Shown: positions 8,093-18,425 of the stretch, piece after piece
Numbering within the stretch: the first letter of the stretch is position 1
Layout of the letters: each line of letters opens with the position of its first letter
Assembly: GCA_963931545.1 (NCBI GenBank)
Contig: OZ007025.1
Location: 887,692 to 951,691, forward strand
Length of the DNA stretch: 64,000 bases
Origin: an uncultured Bacilli bacterium
GTDB lineage: Bacteria > Bacillota_I > Bacilli_A > RF39 > UBA660
Reading direction: 5' to 3'
Notes under the pieces: model-generated
What the model saw: only the letters and a program-made list of their open reading frames with translations
What the model was told of the DNA's origin: nothing
Database searches by the model: none
Translations under genes and position numbers: made by a program

Positions 8093-10122
8093 AAATCTTT
8101 TGTATAATCACATTTAGAACATTTGATAATGTTTTTCTTTTCTACTAACATCTCATTACAATTTGGACATTTTTCGCCAGTTGGTTTATCCCAATAAGCT
8201 GTTTTACATTTAGGATAGTTATTACAGCCATAAAAGGTTTTGCCTTTTCTAGTTTTCTTTTCTATTATTTTTCCATCACAGTTTGGACAGTCACAGATAA
8301 TTTGTTCTTCTTTTTTTTCTTGCTTTATGTATTTACATTCTGGGAAATTACTACAAGCAACAAATGAGCCATATTTACCTTTTCTAATAACTAATGGATG
8401 ACCACATTCTGGACACATCTCGCCTGTTTTTTCAGCTTCTTTTTTAGGTAATTTATCAAAAGCTTCTTTAACAGCTGGTTCAAATTCTTTATAAAAATCT
8501 TCTAAGACTTTATACCACACTTCTTTTCCTTCAGCAATTTTATCTAAATCTGTTTCCATATTAGCAGTATATTTAACGTTAATTAGATGACTAAAACATT
8601 CTTGAAGTTTATCGGTTACCTCAAAACCAATATCAGTTGGAACAAATTTGCGGTCTACTAGATTTACATATCCCCTATTTTTAATATTGTCAATTATTGT
8701 GGCATATGTACTAGGTCTACCAATACCTAATTCATCCATTTCTTTGATTAGTTTAGCTTCGGTATACCTAGCTGGTGGCTCTGTAAAGTGTTGTTCTTTA
8801 GTAATATCTTTTGAAACAATTATTTTTGAATTATATTCATCAAAAGGTGGCAAAATTGCATCTTTTGTATCTTCATAATCTTTATATATTTTTAAATAAC
8901 CATCAAAGATAATAACTTGACCTGTTGCTTTAAAGTTATAGTCATTGTTATTTAAAATAACGGTTGTTCCTTCTACTTTAGCAGGAGCCATAATACTAGC
9001 TAAAGCTCTATAATAAATTAATCTATATAATTTAAATTCGTCATCGGTTAAGTATGGTTTAACGCTTTCTGGAGTTCTTTCAATACTGGTTGGTCTGATA
9101 GCTTCGTGAGCATCTTGAACATTTTCGGTTTTTTTACTTATTTTGACTGGTCCAGTATATTCTTTGCCATATTTGTTTTCAATAAATTTATAGGTTTCAG
9201 CGATAAATTCATTAGATAATCTAATGGAATCTGTACGCATATAAGTGATTAAACCAACTGTTTCATGTGCTAAATCGATACCTTCATATAATTTTTGTGC
9301 AACACTCATGGTTTTTCTTGATGAAAATCTTAATTTATTTGATGCGGTTTGCTGCAAGGTACTTGTCGTAAAAGGTGGCTTTGATTGTTTGTTTTTTTGT
9401 TTTTTATCTACACTTTCAATTTCAAAAGCTTTAGTTAATTTATTTAAAATTTCATTCGCTTCATTTTCGGTTTTTATTTCTATTTTTTTATGATTTTGGG
9501 CAAATAAATCAGCTTGGAAATCCTGAAAATCAGCTTGAACTGTCCAATATTCTTCTGGATTAAAGGCTTTTATTTCTCTTTCTCTATCAACAATTAATTT
9601 TAAGGCAACGCTTTGAACTCTACCAGCAGATGAGCCATCAGTTTTAGACTGAATCAATTTACTTAATCTAAAACCAATTATTCTATCTAATATTCTTCTA
9701 GTTTCCTGACTATTTACTAAATCTTGGTCAATTTTGCCTTCATGTTTCATAGCTTCTAAGATAGCATTTTTTGTAATTTCGTTAAATGTTACTCTACTAT
9801 AAGGTTTATCTTTTAGGTCTAAACAATCATAAAGGTGCCAAGCGATAGCTTCCCCTTCTCTATCATGGTCGGTTGCAAGATATACTTTGTCAGCTTGTTT
9901 TGTTTCTTTTTTTAATTCATTTATAACACTTTTTTTACCTTTTATTGTTTTATAGTCAGGTTTAAAATGATTTTCAATATCTACTCCTAAACCATATTTA
10001 CCTTTGGTTGATAAATCTCTAATATGGCCTTTACTAGAAGATACAATATAATTATTACCTAAATATTTACTAATTGATTTTACTTTTGTGGGAGATTCCA
10101 CAATGACTAAACTTTTACCCAT
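8089..10122 (-). CDS. topA: DNA topoisomerase I with C-terminal zinc-ribbon repeats
   Basis: The N-terminus (VIVESPTKVKSISKYLG), the TOPRIM motif (TDHDREGEAIAWH) and three C-terminal CxxC...CxxC zinc ribbons identify it. Confidence 0.9.
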   Translation of the reverse strand: MGKSLVIVESPTKVKSISKYLGNNYIVSSSKGHIRDLSTKGKYGLGVDIENHFKPDYKTIKGKKSVINELKKETKQADKVYLATDHDREGEAIAWHLYDCLDLKDKPYSRVTFNEITKNAILEAMKHEGKIDQDLVNSQETRRILDRIIGFRLSKLIQSKTDGSSAGRVQSVALKLIVDREREIKAFNPEEYWTVQADFQDFQADLFAQNHKKIEIKTENEANEILNKLTKAFEIESVDKKQKNKQSKPPFTTSTLQQTASNKLRFSSRKTMSVAQKLYEGIDLAHETVGLITYMRTDSIRLSNEFIAETYKFIENKYGKEYTGPVKISKKTENVQDAHEAIRPTSIERTPESVKPYLTDDEFKLYRLIYYRALASIMAPAKVEGTTVILNNNDYNFKATGQVIIFDGYLKIYKDYEDTKDAILPPFDEYNSKIIVSKDITKEQHFTEPPARYTEAKLIKEMDELGIGRPSTYATIIDNIKNRGYVNLVDRKFVPTDIGFEVTDKLQECFSHLINVKYTANMETDLDKIAEGKEVWYKVLEDFYKEFEPAVKEAFDKLPKKEAEKTGEMCPECGHPLVIRKGKYGSFVACSNFPECKYIKQEKKEEQIICDCPNCDGKIIEKKTRKGKTFYGCNNYPKCKTAYWDKPTGEKCPNCNEMLVEKKNIIKCSKCDYTKDL

Positions 10123-10253
10123 TTGTTCACTTCCTTTTTGACTAATATAACTTATACACTAGTTTATGATGAATGTCAAATGTTTTATAATATATTAAAA
10201 TTTTATATTGTTTTTTTTTACTTGTTTGTTTACAATAATTTTAGAGGTGTTTT

Positions 10254-11177
10254 ATGACTGAAAAAGAAATAGAAATATTTGAGATGATTGATGCGGGCTG
10301 TAGTTTGAATGAAATATCTTATAAGTTATGGCTTAGTTCTAGACAAGTGCATCAAAAAATTATTAAGCTTAAAAATGAAGGATATTTTATTAGACCAATC
10401 TATTATGATGATGGAGAGATAAAATACGATTTTGAAGAAGATAATAGTAATCATACTATAAATATTAAATTGTGTAATGATTTTAAATTTAAGGCTTTGG
10501 TTATTTCAGATATTCACATAGGTAATACTTTGGAAAATTTAAGTTATTTATATAAGGCTTATGATTATGCGAGAGACCATGATATACATATTATTTTTAA
10601 TTGTGGAGATATAATTGATGGCTCTTTTACTAAAGGTACTCAAAATATTTTTAATATTGATGGACAAATAGATAAAGTGATTAATAACTATCCTCACGAT
10701 AATTATATTTTGAATTTCATTTGTTTTGGCAACCATGATTATTGTTCTAATAAATATGGGAGAGATATATCTTTAGCCCTTTCAAATAGTAGACAAGATT
10801 TAATAAGTGCGGGTTATGAGTTTTCTTTAATTAATGTTGAAAAAGACCAATTTGCCTTATATCATCCTATAAATGAAATGGGTTTTAAGTCAATTCCTAA
10901 TAAACTTATTTTAGAAGGACACCATCATAAAATGTTAGTTAAGATTAAACGAAATAATTATTTTATTAATGTACCATCTCTTAGCGATTTATGTTTTGGT
11001 AATCAAGAAAATCCTGGAATGTTAGAAATGGAATTATTATTTGGTGGTGGTTTTATTCATAATGCTTTTTTTAAACAAATTGGAGTAAAAAACAATTTTG
11101 AAGTTTATAGTGAATTTAATATAGAATTTTTTCTAAAACATGAAAAATTAGATGAAAAAAAGTTAATATTAAAATGA
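10254..11177 (+). CDS. Calcineurin-like metallophosphoesterase with N-terminal HTH domain
   Basis: Phosphoesterase motifs DIHIG, GDIIDG and GNHD follow a 60-aa helix-turn-helix-like N-terminus. Confidence 0.5.
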   Translation: MTEKEIEIFEMIDAGCSLNEISYKLWLSSRQVHQKIIKLKNEGYFIRPIYYDDGEIKYDFEEDNSNHTINIKLCNDFKFKALVISDIHIGNTLENLSYLYKAYDYARDHDIHIIFNCGDIIDGSFTKGTQNIFNIDGQIDKVINNYPHDNYILNFICFGNHDYCSNKYGRDISLALSNSRQDLISAGYEFSLINVEKDQFALYHPINEMGFKSIPNKLILEGHHHKMLVKIKRNNYFINVPSLSDLCFGNQENPGMLEMELLFGGGFIHNAFFKQIGVKNNFEVYSEFNIEFFLKHEKLDEKKLILK

Positions 11178-11187
11178 TTTAAAAATT

Positions 11188-12123
11188 TTAATATTTACCG
11201 CATTTACTTCCCCATGAGTCAACTAACTCATCATTTCTATATATTTTAAGAAGTTCACAGTTATTAGAACATCTATGACATTCAAAACCTTTAGTTATAA
11301 ATTTTAAATTTTGCATTTCTAATGAATATTCATTTCCGTTTTTATTTTTTTTAGCTAAAACAGCTATACCAATAGCTCCCATCAAATGACTATTTTCATC
11401 AACTATAATATCTTCTTTTAATATTTCTTTAAAATATTTAACTACTCCTTTGTTTTTGGAAACCCCACCTTGAAAAATAATTGGTGGGATTATTTTTTTA
11501 CCTTTACCAACATTATTTAAATAATTTAAAACGACACTTTTACAAAGTCCAGCAATTATATCTTCTTTAGGATAACCTACCCCAGCTTTATGAACTAAAT
11601 CGGATTCCGCAAATACTGTACATCTAGCAGCTATTTTTACAGGGTTTTTAGATTTTAAAGCATAATCTCCAAATTCTTCTACATTTATGCCGAGTCTTTT
11701 AGCTTGACTAGATAGAAATGAACCTGTTCCAGCCGCACATAAAGTATTCATGGCATAATTTGTTATTATTCCATTTTTTATCAAAATTATTTTAGAATCT
11801 TGACCACCAATTTCTAAAATAGTTCTAACATTAGGATAAAAGGTTAATGTTCCAATGGCATGTGCTGTTATTTCATTTTTTACAATATTAGCATTTAACA
11901 TTAAACCAATTAATTTTCTTGCACTTCCTGTTGTGCCAATACCTTTTACTTTATAATCTTTAGGTATTTTATCTTTTAAAATATTTAATAATTTTTTTAC
12001 AGCTTGAACGGGATTACCTTCAGTCCAAATATAACTAGAGGTTAAAATATTATTATCATTATCTATGATAACTCCTTTGGTTGAAATAGAACCAATATCA
12101 ACTCCTAAATAACATTCTTTCAT
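11188..12123 (-). CDS. BadF/BadG/BcrA/BcrD-type ATPase, CoA-substrate-specific enzyme activase (HgdC-like)
   Basis: The N-terminus has the activase signature (LGVDIGSISTKGVIIDNDNNIL), an ASKHA fold and C-terminal Cys residues. Confidence 0.6.
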   Translation of the reverse strand: MKECYLGVDIGSISTKGVIIDNDNNILTSSYIWTEGNPVQAVKKLLNILKDKIPKDYKVKGIGTTGSARKLIGLMLNANIVKNEITAHAIGTLTFYPNVRTILEIGGQDSKIILIKNGIITNYAMNTLCAAGTGSFLSSQAKRLGINVEEFGDYALKSKNPVKIAARCTVFAESDLVHKAGVGYPKEDIIAGLCKSVVLNYLNNVGKGKKIIPPIIFQGGVSKNKGVVKYFKEILKEDIIVDENSHLMGAIGIAVLAKKNKNGNEYSLEMQNLKFITKGFECHRCSNNCELLKIYRNDELVDSWGSKCGKY

Positions 12124-13181
12124 TTGTTTTTCCTCATTTCTAACATATCATAAAAAGCTTCTAATCTAGTTTTAATTCCCGTTTCTGAAGTGGTGGTATC
12201 AAAACTAAAAAATAAAACTGGTTTTTGATATGTACTTGCAATTTTATTAATTATAGGCATAGCTCCTATTTCAGGCGTACAGAAAGATGATTTAATATGA
12301 ATTATTCCATCGTAATCATTTTCACATAAGTATTTACATCTTGCGATATTATCAGAAGCATCAGCTCCCATATTATATTTAAAATATTCTTTAGCATATT
12401 TTTTGTATTTTTTAGTTTTTTTTGCTTTTTCGAATAACAAATAATGAACATTGGTAAACCTTTTAATTTCAATATGATGTTTAGCTAACTGTTTTTCTAA
12501 AAAATAGTTAGAAAATGGCTCCATTATAGTATATAACTCTCCTATTATTCCAATTTTAATCCTATTATCTGGTTTATGAATTTTTATTTTATGGAATTTA
12601 TTTAAATATTTTTTATATGTTGGTTTTAATTCTTTATATCTTTTAATATGAGAAAATTCTATAAGCATTTCTTTTTTTAGACTTTCAAAAGTACCTTTTT
12701 TTATCTCAAAACCTATATTTTCTCTAATATAATTATCTATCTCATCCATATATTTAACCATTTTAAATGTAATAAAACTATAATATAAAGCTTTTATTTT
12801 AGAGTATTTTGGATTTATAATTTTCAACAACTTATTTATCCTTTTAAATCTAGTAACTCCTTCTGTAACTAAATTAATTATGGTACATTCATAACCTAAA
12901 TCTTTAATAATTTTTTCTTGCACCTCTGCATAATAACCATATCTACATCCTCCACCCATTTGAATTAAAATATCGGCTTTTTCTTCTAAACATTCTATCA
13001 TTGTTCCTAAAGTATATTTAAATGGTGTACATACAAATTCTGGAGAATACTTAGTACCTATTTCTACTGTTTTATTAGTTATTTTAGGAGCTTTGATTAC
13101 TTTTACATTTGGAAATATATGTGAAAGTAAGTAATTTGCAGGAACATAATAATCGCCCATTTGTGGAAATGCTATTTTCAT
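12120..13181 (-). CDS. 2-hydroxyacyl-CoA dehydratase component-D-like (HGD-D/DUF2229) protein
   Basis: Family-level resemblance to HGD-D proteins. Start and stop overlap the neighbouring genes, indicating a coupled operon with the activase. Confidence 0.45.
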   Translation of the reverse strand: MKIAFPQMGDYYVPANYLLSHIFPNVKVIKAPKITNKTVEIGTKYSPEFVCTPFKYTLGTMIECLEEKADILIQMGGGCRYGYYAEVQEKIIKDLGYECTIINLVTEGVTRFKRINKLLKIINPKYSKIKALYYSFITFKMVKYMDEIDNYIRENIGFEIKKGTFESLKKEMLIEFSHIKRYKELKPTYKKYLNKFHKIKIHKPDNRIKIGIIGELYTIMEPFSNYFLEKQLAKHHIEIKRFTNVHYLLFEKAKKTKKYKKYAKEYFKYNMGADASDNIARCKYLCENDYDGIIHIKSSFCTPEIGAMPIINKIASTYQKPVLFFSFDTTTSETGIKTRLEAFYDMLEMRKNK

Positions 13182-14074
13182 TTAATCCCTCCAAGCATAT
13201 CTAGAAAACTTTCTAATCTAGTTTCTATTCCTGTAAAAGAAGATGTATCATCGATAACTAAATTTAAATAAGGAATGTTTATTTTTCTCATAGCAAGTTC
13301 ATTAGCTAAACTATCAGGGGCGCATGGAAATGAAGATATAAATATAACACCATCAATTTTATCTTTACAATATATGATAGAGCCTAAATTATCTTTACTA
13401 TATTTGAAATATAAATCTTTTGACAATTCTTTACTTAAATTATTAGTTATTTTGGAATCAAATTTATCTGAATAAATAAGGGTAACTTCATTTTTAATTA
13501 AATAATTTAAAATATCTTTACCAATCATTTCATCATATAAATTATAAGGATGGCTGATAATTAGTATTTTTAAATTTTTACTTTTTAATTTATTTAAATT
13601 AATAATATGATTCTTTTTAATTCTCTTTTTTTCTTTTATATAGGCATATTTATAAGCTTTTTTTATTTGATATTTATTTTTATTTAACTCTTTACCTATT
13701 TTATATAATCCTTTTTTTAATGTCTGATGTTTTTCTAAATCAATATTATAATTTAAAATCTTATTTTCAAATAAATTTTTAACAATATCATATACAGCCC
13801 AAAAATTAGTACATGTCTGATTATTATTTTTAAAATTACTAATTCTTGGAACTAATATATAATCACATTTATCTTTTAAGTATTCTATATGACCCAAATA
13901 TGTTTTTAAAGATAAACACATCTCATCGTTAGCAAGTTTTTCTCCTTTATCTATAATATCTTTGTTGGTGTTTGGACTTATTACATAAGTTATATTTAAA
14001 CTATCAAAAAAATCTTTCCAAAAATCACCATAGTAATAATAAAACAAACCACGCGGAATACCAATTTTGTTCAT
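13178..14074 (-). CDS. HGD-D/DUF2229-like protein, second subunit
   Basis: A paralogous architecture that overlaps the previous gene by 4 nt. Confidence 0.4.
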   Translation of the reverse strand: MNKIGIPRGLFYYYYGDFWKDFFDSLNITYVISPNTNKDIIDKGEKLANDEMCLSLKTYLGHIEYLKDKCDYILVPRISNFKNNNQTCTNFWAVYDIVKNLFENKILNYNIDLEKHQTLKKGLYKIGKELNKNKYQIKKAYKYAYIKEKKRIKKNHIINLNKLKSKNLKILIISHPYNLYDEMIGKDILNYLIKNEVTLIYSDKFDSKITNNLSKELSKDLYFKYSKDNLGSIIYCKDKIDGVIFISSFPCAPDSLANELAMRKINIPYLNLVIDDTSSFTGIETRLESFLDMLGGIK

Positions 14075-14162
14075 ATCATCACCATTAAAAATATATTAAG
14101 GACTTTTTATTTTTATGAATATTTTTTATAGAAATGTACATGATATTAAAGGAGGTAAACAT

Positions 14163-14321
14163 ATGAATCAAAAAATAAACTGTACAGTCTACGACTGCAA
14201 GTACTGTGATGCTTTAAAGGATAAATGCGAATTAAAACAAATTAAGGTAGCGTGCTGCAAAGCAGAAGATGAAAAAGAATCGACAATGTGTGATAATTAT
14301 GTCAAGACAGAGTTAAACTAA
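14163..14321 (+). CDS. DUF1540-family cysteine-rich small protein
   Basis: The paired CxxxC/CC motifs (CTVYDCKYCD ... CCKAEDE ... MCDNY) are typical of DUF1540. A GGAGGT RBS precedes the ATG at 14163. Confidence 0.5.
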   Translation: MNQKINCTVYDCKYCDALKDKCELKQIKVACCKAEDEKESTMCDNYVKTELN

Positions 14322-14401
14322 AAATTCATGAGAAATATTCTTATGTTTTTTTTGAATTAATTTCATTATCTGATATAATTATAAATGTGGGAGGCGTTTA
14401 T

Positions 14402-15649
14402 ATGCATATAAAATTACTTTCAAATTCTGAGTTTTTAGAGTTTGCGAAAATCTTTAAACCTGGTTCTATTTATCAAACACCTTATTATGCTTTTACAATG
14501 AATGAAGAAAATTATACAACTATGTTTGTAGGACTAATGGATGGCAATGTTTTAAAAGCTGCTAGTTTAATTTTAGTTTATAAGATAAATGGTTTTAAAT
14601 ATGCTCTCGCGCCTAGAGGTTTTTTAATCGATTATAATGATGATGATTTAGTTTCAAATTTTACTAAATTAATTAAAAAGTTTTTAGGTAAAAAGGATAT
14701 TGTAGCTATTAAAATTAATCCTATGATAGTTAGAAAAATATACAATAGTATTGGACATGCTATTACAAGTAATAGTATGTATGATGAAACGTTTAATAGA
14801 CTTAAAAAAATGGGATATTTTCATTTAGGATATAATAATTATTTTGAAGCTTTAAAACCAAGATTTGAAGCTTATATTAATCTAGATTTAGACTATGTAA
14901 AATTGTTTGGAAATATTGACAGAAGCTGCCGTAATAAAATAAGAAAAGCTGTTCGTGATGGAATTAAAGTATATCATGGTAATATAGAGGATTTAAAATA
15001 TTTATATGAACAAACTAAGGGAAAATATCCTAGGGGTCTTCAATATTATATGGATTTATATAATTTTTTTGGAAAAGACAATTTAATAGATTTTTATTAT
15101 AGTAAATTAGATACTACTGATTATTTAAAGTACACTCAAGGAAAATATAATGAATATTCTAAAAAAAGTACTGAACTTAGTAATAAATTGATTTCTCAAA
15201 AAGGTAATGCGGATAAAATAATTAGTGAAAAGTTAAATATTGATAAAATGGTGGTAAAATATCGTAATCAATTAGCTGAAGCTACTGAATATTTAAAAAA
15301 TTATCCTGAAGGTATTATAACTTCATCAGCTTTGGTTATTAAATGGCAAGATGAAGTATATTTTGCTATTGATGGTTATGATGAAAGATATAAAAGATTT
15401 GGAGCAAAGCAATTAATGATTTGGAAATTAATGGGAAGATATGCGAAACTTGGTTATAAAAAGTTACATTTAGGAGGCGTTTCTAATATTAATAAACCAA
15501 ACAACAAATACAAAGGATTAAATGAATTTAAGCTTAATTTTCATGCGAATGTTATTGAATATGCTGGAGATTTTGAATTGATTACTAATTCTCCTAGATA
15601 TTTTTTATATAAGAACTCTTTTGGAATTACAGGAATTTTAAAGAAATAG
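14402..15649 (+). CDS. FemAB-family peptidoglycan interpeptide-bridge aminoacyltransferase
   Basis: The size (about 415 aa), a central coiled-coil insertion and conserved FemAB-like N- and C-terminal blocks fit the family. A GGGAGG RBS precedes the ATG at 14402. Confidence 0.5.
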   Translation: MHIKLLSNSEFLEFAKIFKPGSIYQTPYYAFTMNEENYTTMFVGLMDGNVLKAASLILVYKINGFKYALAPRGFLIDYNDDDLVSNFTKLIKKFLGKKDIVAIKINPMIVRKIYNSIGHAITSNSMYDETFNRLKKMGYFHLGYNNYFEALKPRFEAYINLDLDYVKLFGNIDRSCRNKIRKAVRDGIKVYHGNIEDLKYLYEQTKGKYPRGLQYYMDLYNFFGKDNLIDFYYSKLDTTDYLKYTQGKYNEYSKKSTELSNKLISQKGNADKIISEKLNIDKMVVKYRNQLAEATEYLKNYPEGIITSSALVIKWQDEVYFAIDGYDERYKRFGAKQLMIWKLMGRYAKLGYKKLHLGGVSNINKPNNKYKGLNEFKLNFHANVIEYAGDFELITNSPRYFLYKNSFGITGILKK

Positions 15650-15664
15650 GTTTTAAGTATAATA

Positions 15665-15692
15665 AAAAGGATGGTTTCAATCATCCTTTTAT
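15665..15692. terminator. Bidirectional terminator
   Basis: The hairpin AAGGATG-gtttcaa-TCATCCTT plus a T-run lies between convergent genes. Confidence 0.55.
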
Positions 15693-15736
15693 TGTGTTAT
15701 TTGATTTTTATCTAGATAGATGAAAAACTATTGTTA

Positions 15737-16453
15737 TTATAATTCAACATTGTGATAAACTTGTTGAACATCTTCTACTTCATATAACATTTTAAGCATT
15801 TTTTCAAAGGTTTCTTTATCTTCGCCTTCTAGGGTTACTTTTTCTTTTGGGAGCATTGTTATTTCATCTAAATCAAATTCTAATTTAGGATTTTTAGATA
15901 ATAATGCTTCTTTTATTTTATTTAAATCATTTGGCATACCATATACAATCACTTCATCGTTTTCTGTTTCAATATCATTTACATCTAAACCATTTTCTAA
16001 AATGGCATCTAAGGCTTCTTCTTCAGATAATCCTTTAAAACTTACGATACATAAATGGTCATACATGTAACTTACACTACCTTGCGCACCCATTTTAACA
16101 TGACATTTATTAATAACTGCTCTTATACTACTAACTGACCTATTTACATTATCTGTTAAACAAGAGACAATAGCGGTTGAACCTGATGGTCCAAATATTT
16201 CATAGTTTACAGATGTATATGTTTCATCTGCTCCACTATTAACTTTTTCAATGGCTCTATTAATAATATCATTTGGAACTTGTTCTTTTTTAGCCTTTTC
16301 TACTAACCTTTTTAAAGTTGGATTTCCTTCTAATTCGGTACCTCCATTTTTAGCGGCTTGATATACTTCTCTAGCATACATTGAATATAATTTAGCTTTT
16401 GCCGCTCCAGTTTTTTGAATACTAGCTTTTCTTACTTCATATGCTCTTCCCAT
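15737..16453 (-). CDS. yebC: YebC/PmpR-family transcriptional regulator
   Basis: The N-terminal signature MGRAYEVRKASIQKTGAAKAK and the protein length (238 aa) fit the family. Confidence 0.8.
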   Translation of the reverse strand: MGRAYEVRKASIQKTGAAKAKLYSMYAREVYQAAKNGGTELEGNPTLKRLVEKAKKEQVPNDIINRAIEKVNSGADETYTSVNYEIFGPSGSTAIVSCLTDNVNRSVSSIRAVINKCHVKMGAQGSVSYMYDHLCIVSFKGLSEEEALDAILENGLDVNDIETENDEVIVYGMPNDLNKIKEALLSKNPKLEFDLDEITMLPKEKVTLEGEDKETFEKMLKMLYEVEDVQQVYHNVEL

Positions 16454-17121
16454 ATTAATCTTCCTTTCTGTGCTTTATTTAAGGCATCTTTGGCAGCCTT
16501 TTGTTCAGCGGATTTTTTACTATGTGATGTTCCTGTTCCATACACAATACCATCAATAATAACTTCAACGGTAAATTTTTTGTTATGTGATGGACCAGTT
16601 TCATTTACTAATTTATATTCTAAACTTTTTTTACCTGTTTGGACAAATTCTTGTAAAGCTGATTTATAATCATCAAAGAAATCAACTTCATGATTTTCGA
16701 TGATTGGAACAATATTTTTATAAAAAAATTCTTTAGTTTTTTCTAATCCTTGGTCTAAATATAATGCTCCTAAAAATGATTCAAATATATCTGAAACTAT
16801 TGTTTTGCGGTCTCTTCCTCCATTTTCTTCTTCTCCTTTACCTAGTTTTAGATAATGATTTAATCCTAATTTTATAGAATATTCATAGTTAGCAGTTTCA
16901 CAGACATAATGGGCTCTTATTTTAGTCATTTCTCCTTCGTTGTATTTATTAATTTTATAAAGGTAATCGCTCATTAATAATTCTAAAACTGCATCGCCTA
17001 AAAATTCTAACCTTTCATAACTTTTTACTCCATGTTCGTTTGAATAGGAGGTATGTGAAAAAGCGGTTTCATAAAGATTTAAATTGTTCGGTTTTATTTT
17101 TAATTTTTCTAATAGTTCCAT
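16432..17121 (-). CDS. rnc: Ribonuclease III
   Basis: The catalytic motif ERLEFLGDAVLEL and a C-terminal dsRBD identify it. Confidence 0.85.
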   Translation of the reverse strand: MELLEKLKIKPNNLNLYETAFSHTSYSNEHGVKSYERLEFLGDAVLELLMSDYLYKINKYNEGEMTKIRAHYVCETANYEYSIKLGLNHYLKLGKGEEENGGRDRKTIVSDIFESFLGALYLDQGLEKTKEFFYKNIVPIIENHEVDFFDDYKSALQEFVQTGKKSLEYKLVNETGPSHNKKFTVEVIIDGIVYGTGTSHSKKSAEQKAAKDALNKAQKGRLIWEEHMK

Positions 17122-17226
17122 TTAAAATCACCTTATATATTATATCATTTATTTTTTTACTTTAAAACCCTTTATAATACAAAATTAAAAGACTTACTTT
17201 TTTATAATAAGTCTTTTAACTTACTT

Positions 17227-18075
17227 TTATTTTTTTAATATTTTTTGATATTCTTCATTAATCATAGGCTGTATTTCAAACAAATCTTCTTCATTAAAGG
17301 AATTTCCTAAACCTATAATTTTAAATATTTCATCAGTTAATTTTTTTATGTTATTTTGATGTAATTCTATTCTTCTTTGGCAAATGTCTTTAACAGATTC
17401 TAAAAATAATAAATTGTTCTCATATTCTTGTTTAGTGTTTTCCTTTTCTTTAATATAGTCTTTTTTTAATATTTTTTCAAATTCATTTATTTGTTTTTGA
17501 GAAACATTAGGTTTAATTGTAAGGGTTACAATAGTCTTTTTATTTTGGTTAAGTATATTAATAATATCGTATACACATATTGACCCTAAAGAAATCAAAG
17601 ATAAAAAATATACTATTTTTAAATTTTGAAAATTCATGGCAATAAGTAATAAACAAAAGAGTGTTATCAATGTTTTTAAAAATAATGGTATAGCTTTGAT
17701 ATTATTAAATGTTGATTTTTTCTTTAATTTAAAAAATAATCTTAAATAATTTGCTTTATCTAGAGGCTCTGTATTAAACTTTTTACCATCAATTGTTAAT
17801 TCATTTATTTGTGTTCTTTCAGATATTGAGCCTTTAACTGAATATTTTCTTTTTTTTTGAAAATTTTGTACTATGTGTAGATTTTCTTTTAATTCTCTTT
17901 CTTTTTTACTTGGTTTTAATTCTTTTTGCATGTCATCTTCGCACATTTTTAATCTTCTTTTTATTCCTTCTATTGAATTTTTTTCTGCATTATAACGATT
18001 ATAAAATTTACGTAATTCTTTTAAATCTTCTATATCTAGACTTTGTAAGAAGGTTTGTTTTTCTTGCTTTTCCAT
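17227..18075 (-). CDS. Hypothetical coiled-coil membrane protein (two central TM helices)
   Basis: Assignment rests on hydrophobicity and coiled-coil composition only. Confidence 0.25.
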   Translation of the reverse strand: MEKQEKQTFLQSLDIEDLKELRKFYNRYNAEKNSIEGIKRRLKMCEDDMQKELKPSKKERELKENLHIVQNFQKKRKYSVKGSISERTQINELTIDGKKFNTEPLDKANYLRLFFKLKKKSTFNNIKAIPLFLKTLITLFCLLLIAMNFQNLKIVYFLSLISLGSICVYDIINILNQNKKTIVTLTIKPNVSQKQINEFEKILKKDYIKEKENTKQEYENNLLFLESVKDICQRRIELHQNNIKKLTDEIFKIIGLGNSFNEEDLFEIQPMINEEYQKILKK

Positions 18076-18191
18076 ATTTTCTTCCTTTCAATTTGTACTA
18101 TATATTACTTTTTATTTAATTACTTGTCAACCTTTTATTGAAATTGTTTTACATTTATCTATATTTTTAGTATAATTATTTAGGAGATTAT

Positions 18192-18425
18192 ATGAAAAAA
18201 TTTTTAATAAGTACAATTAAATTATATCAAAAAATACCTGGTCCTTGGCATAATTATTGTAGACATATTCCTACATGTTCTAATTATGCAATTGAAGCAA
18301 TTGAGATTTATGGCTCTTTCAAAGGTACAATTATGGCTTTTAAAAGAATTTTAAGATGTAATCCTTGGGGTACTTATGGATATGACCCAGTAATTAAGGA
18401 GGATAAATGTGAAAAAAATATTTAG
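18192..18425 (+). CDS. yidD: Membrane protein insertion efficiency factor YidD
   Basis: A 77-aa protein with the PTCSNYA motif and conserved Cys residues. Confidence 0.8.
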   Translation: MKKFLISTIKLYQKIPGPWHNYCRHIPTCSNYAIEAIEIYGSFKGTIMAFKRILRCNPWGTYGYDPVIKEDKCEKNI

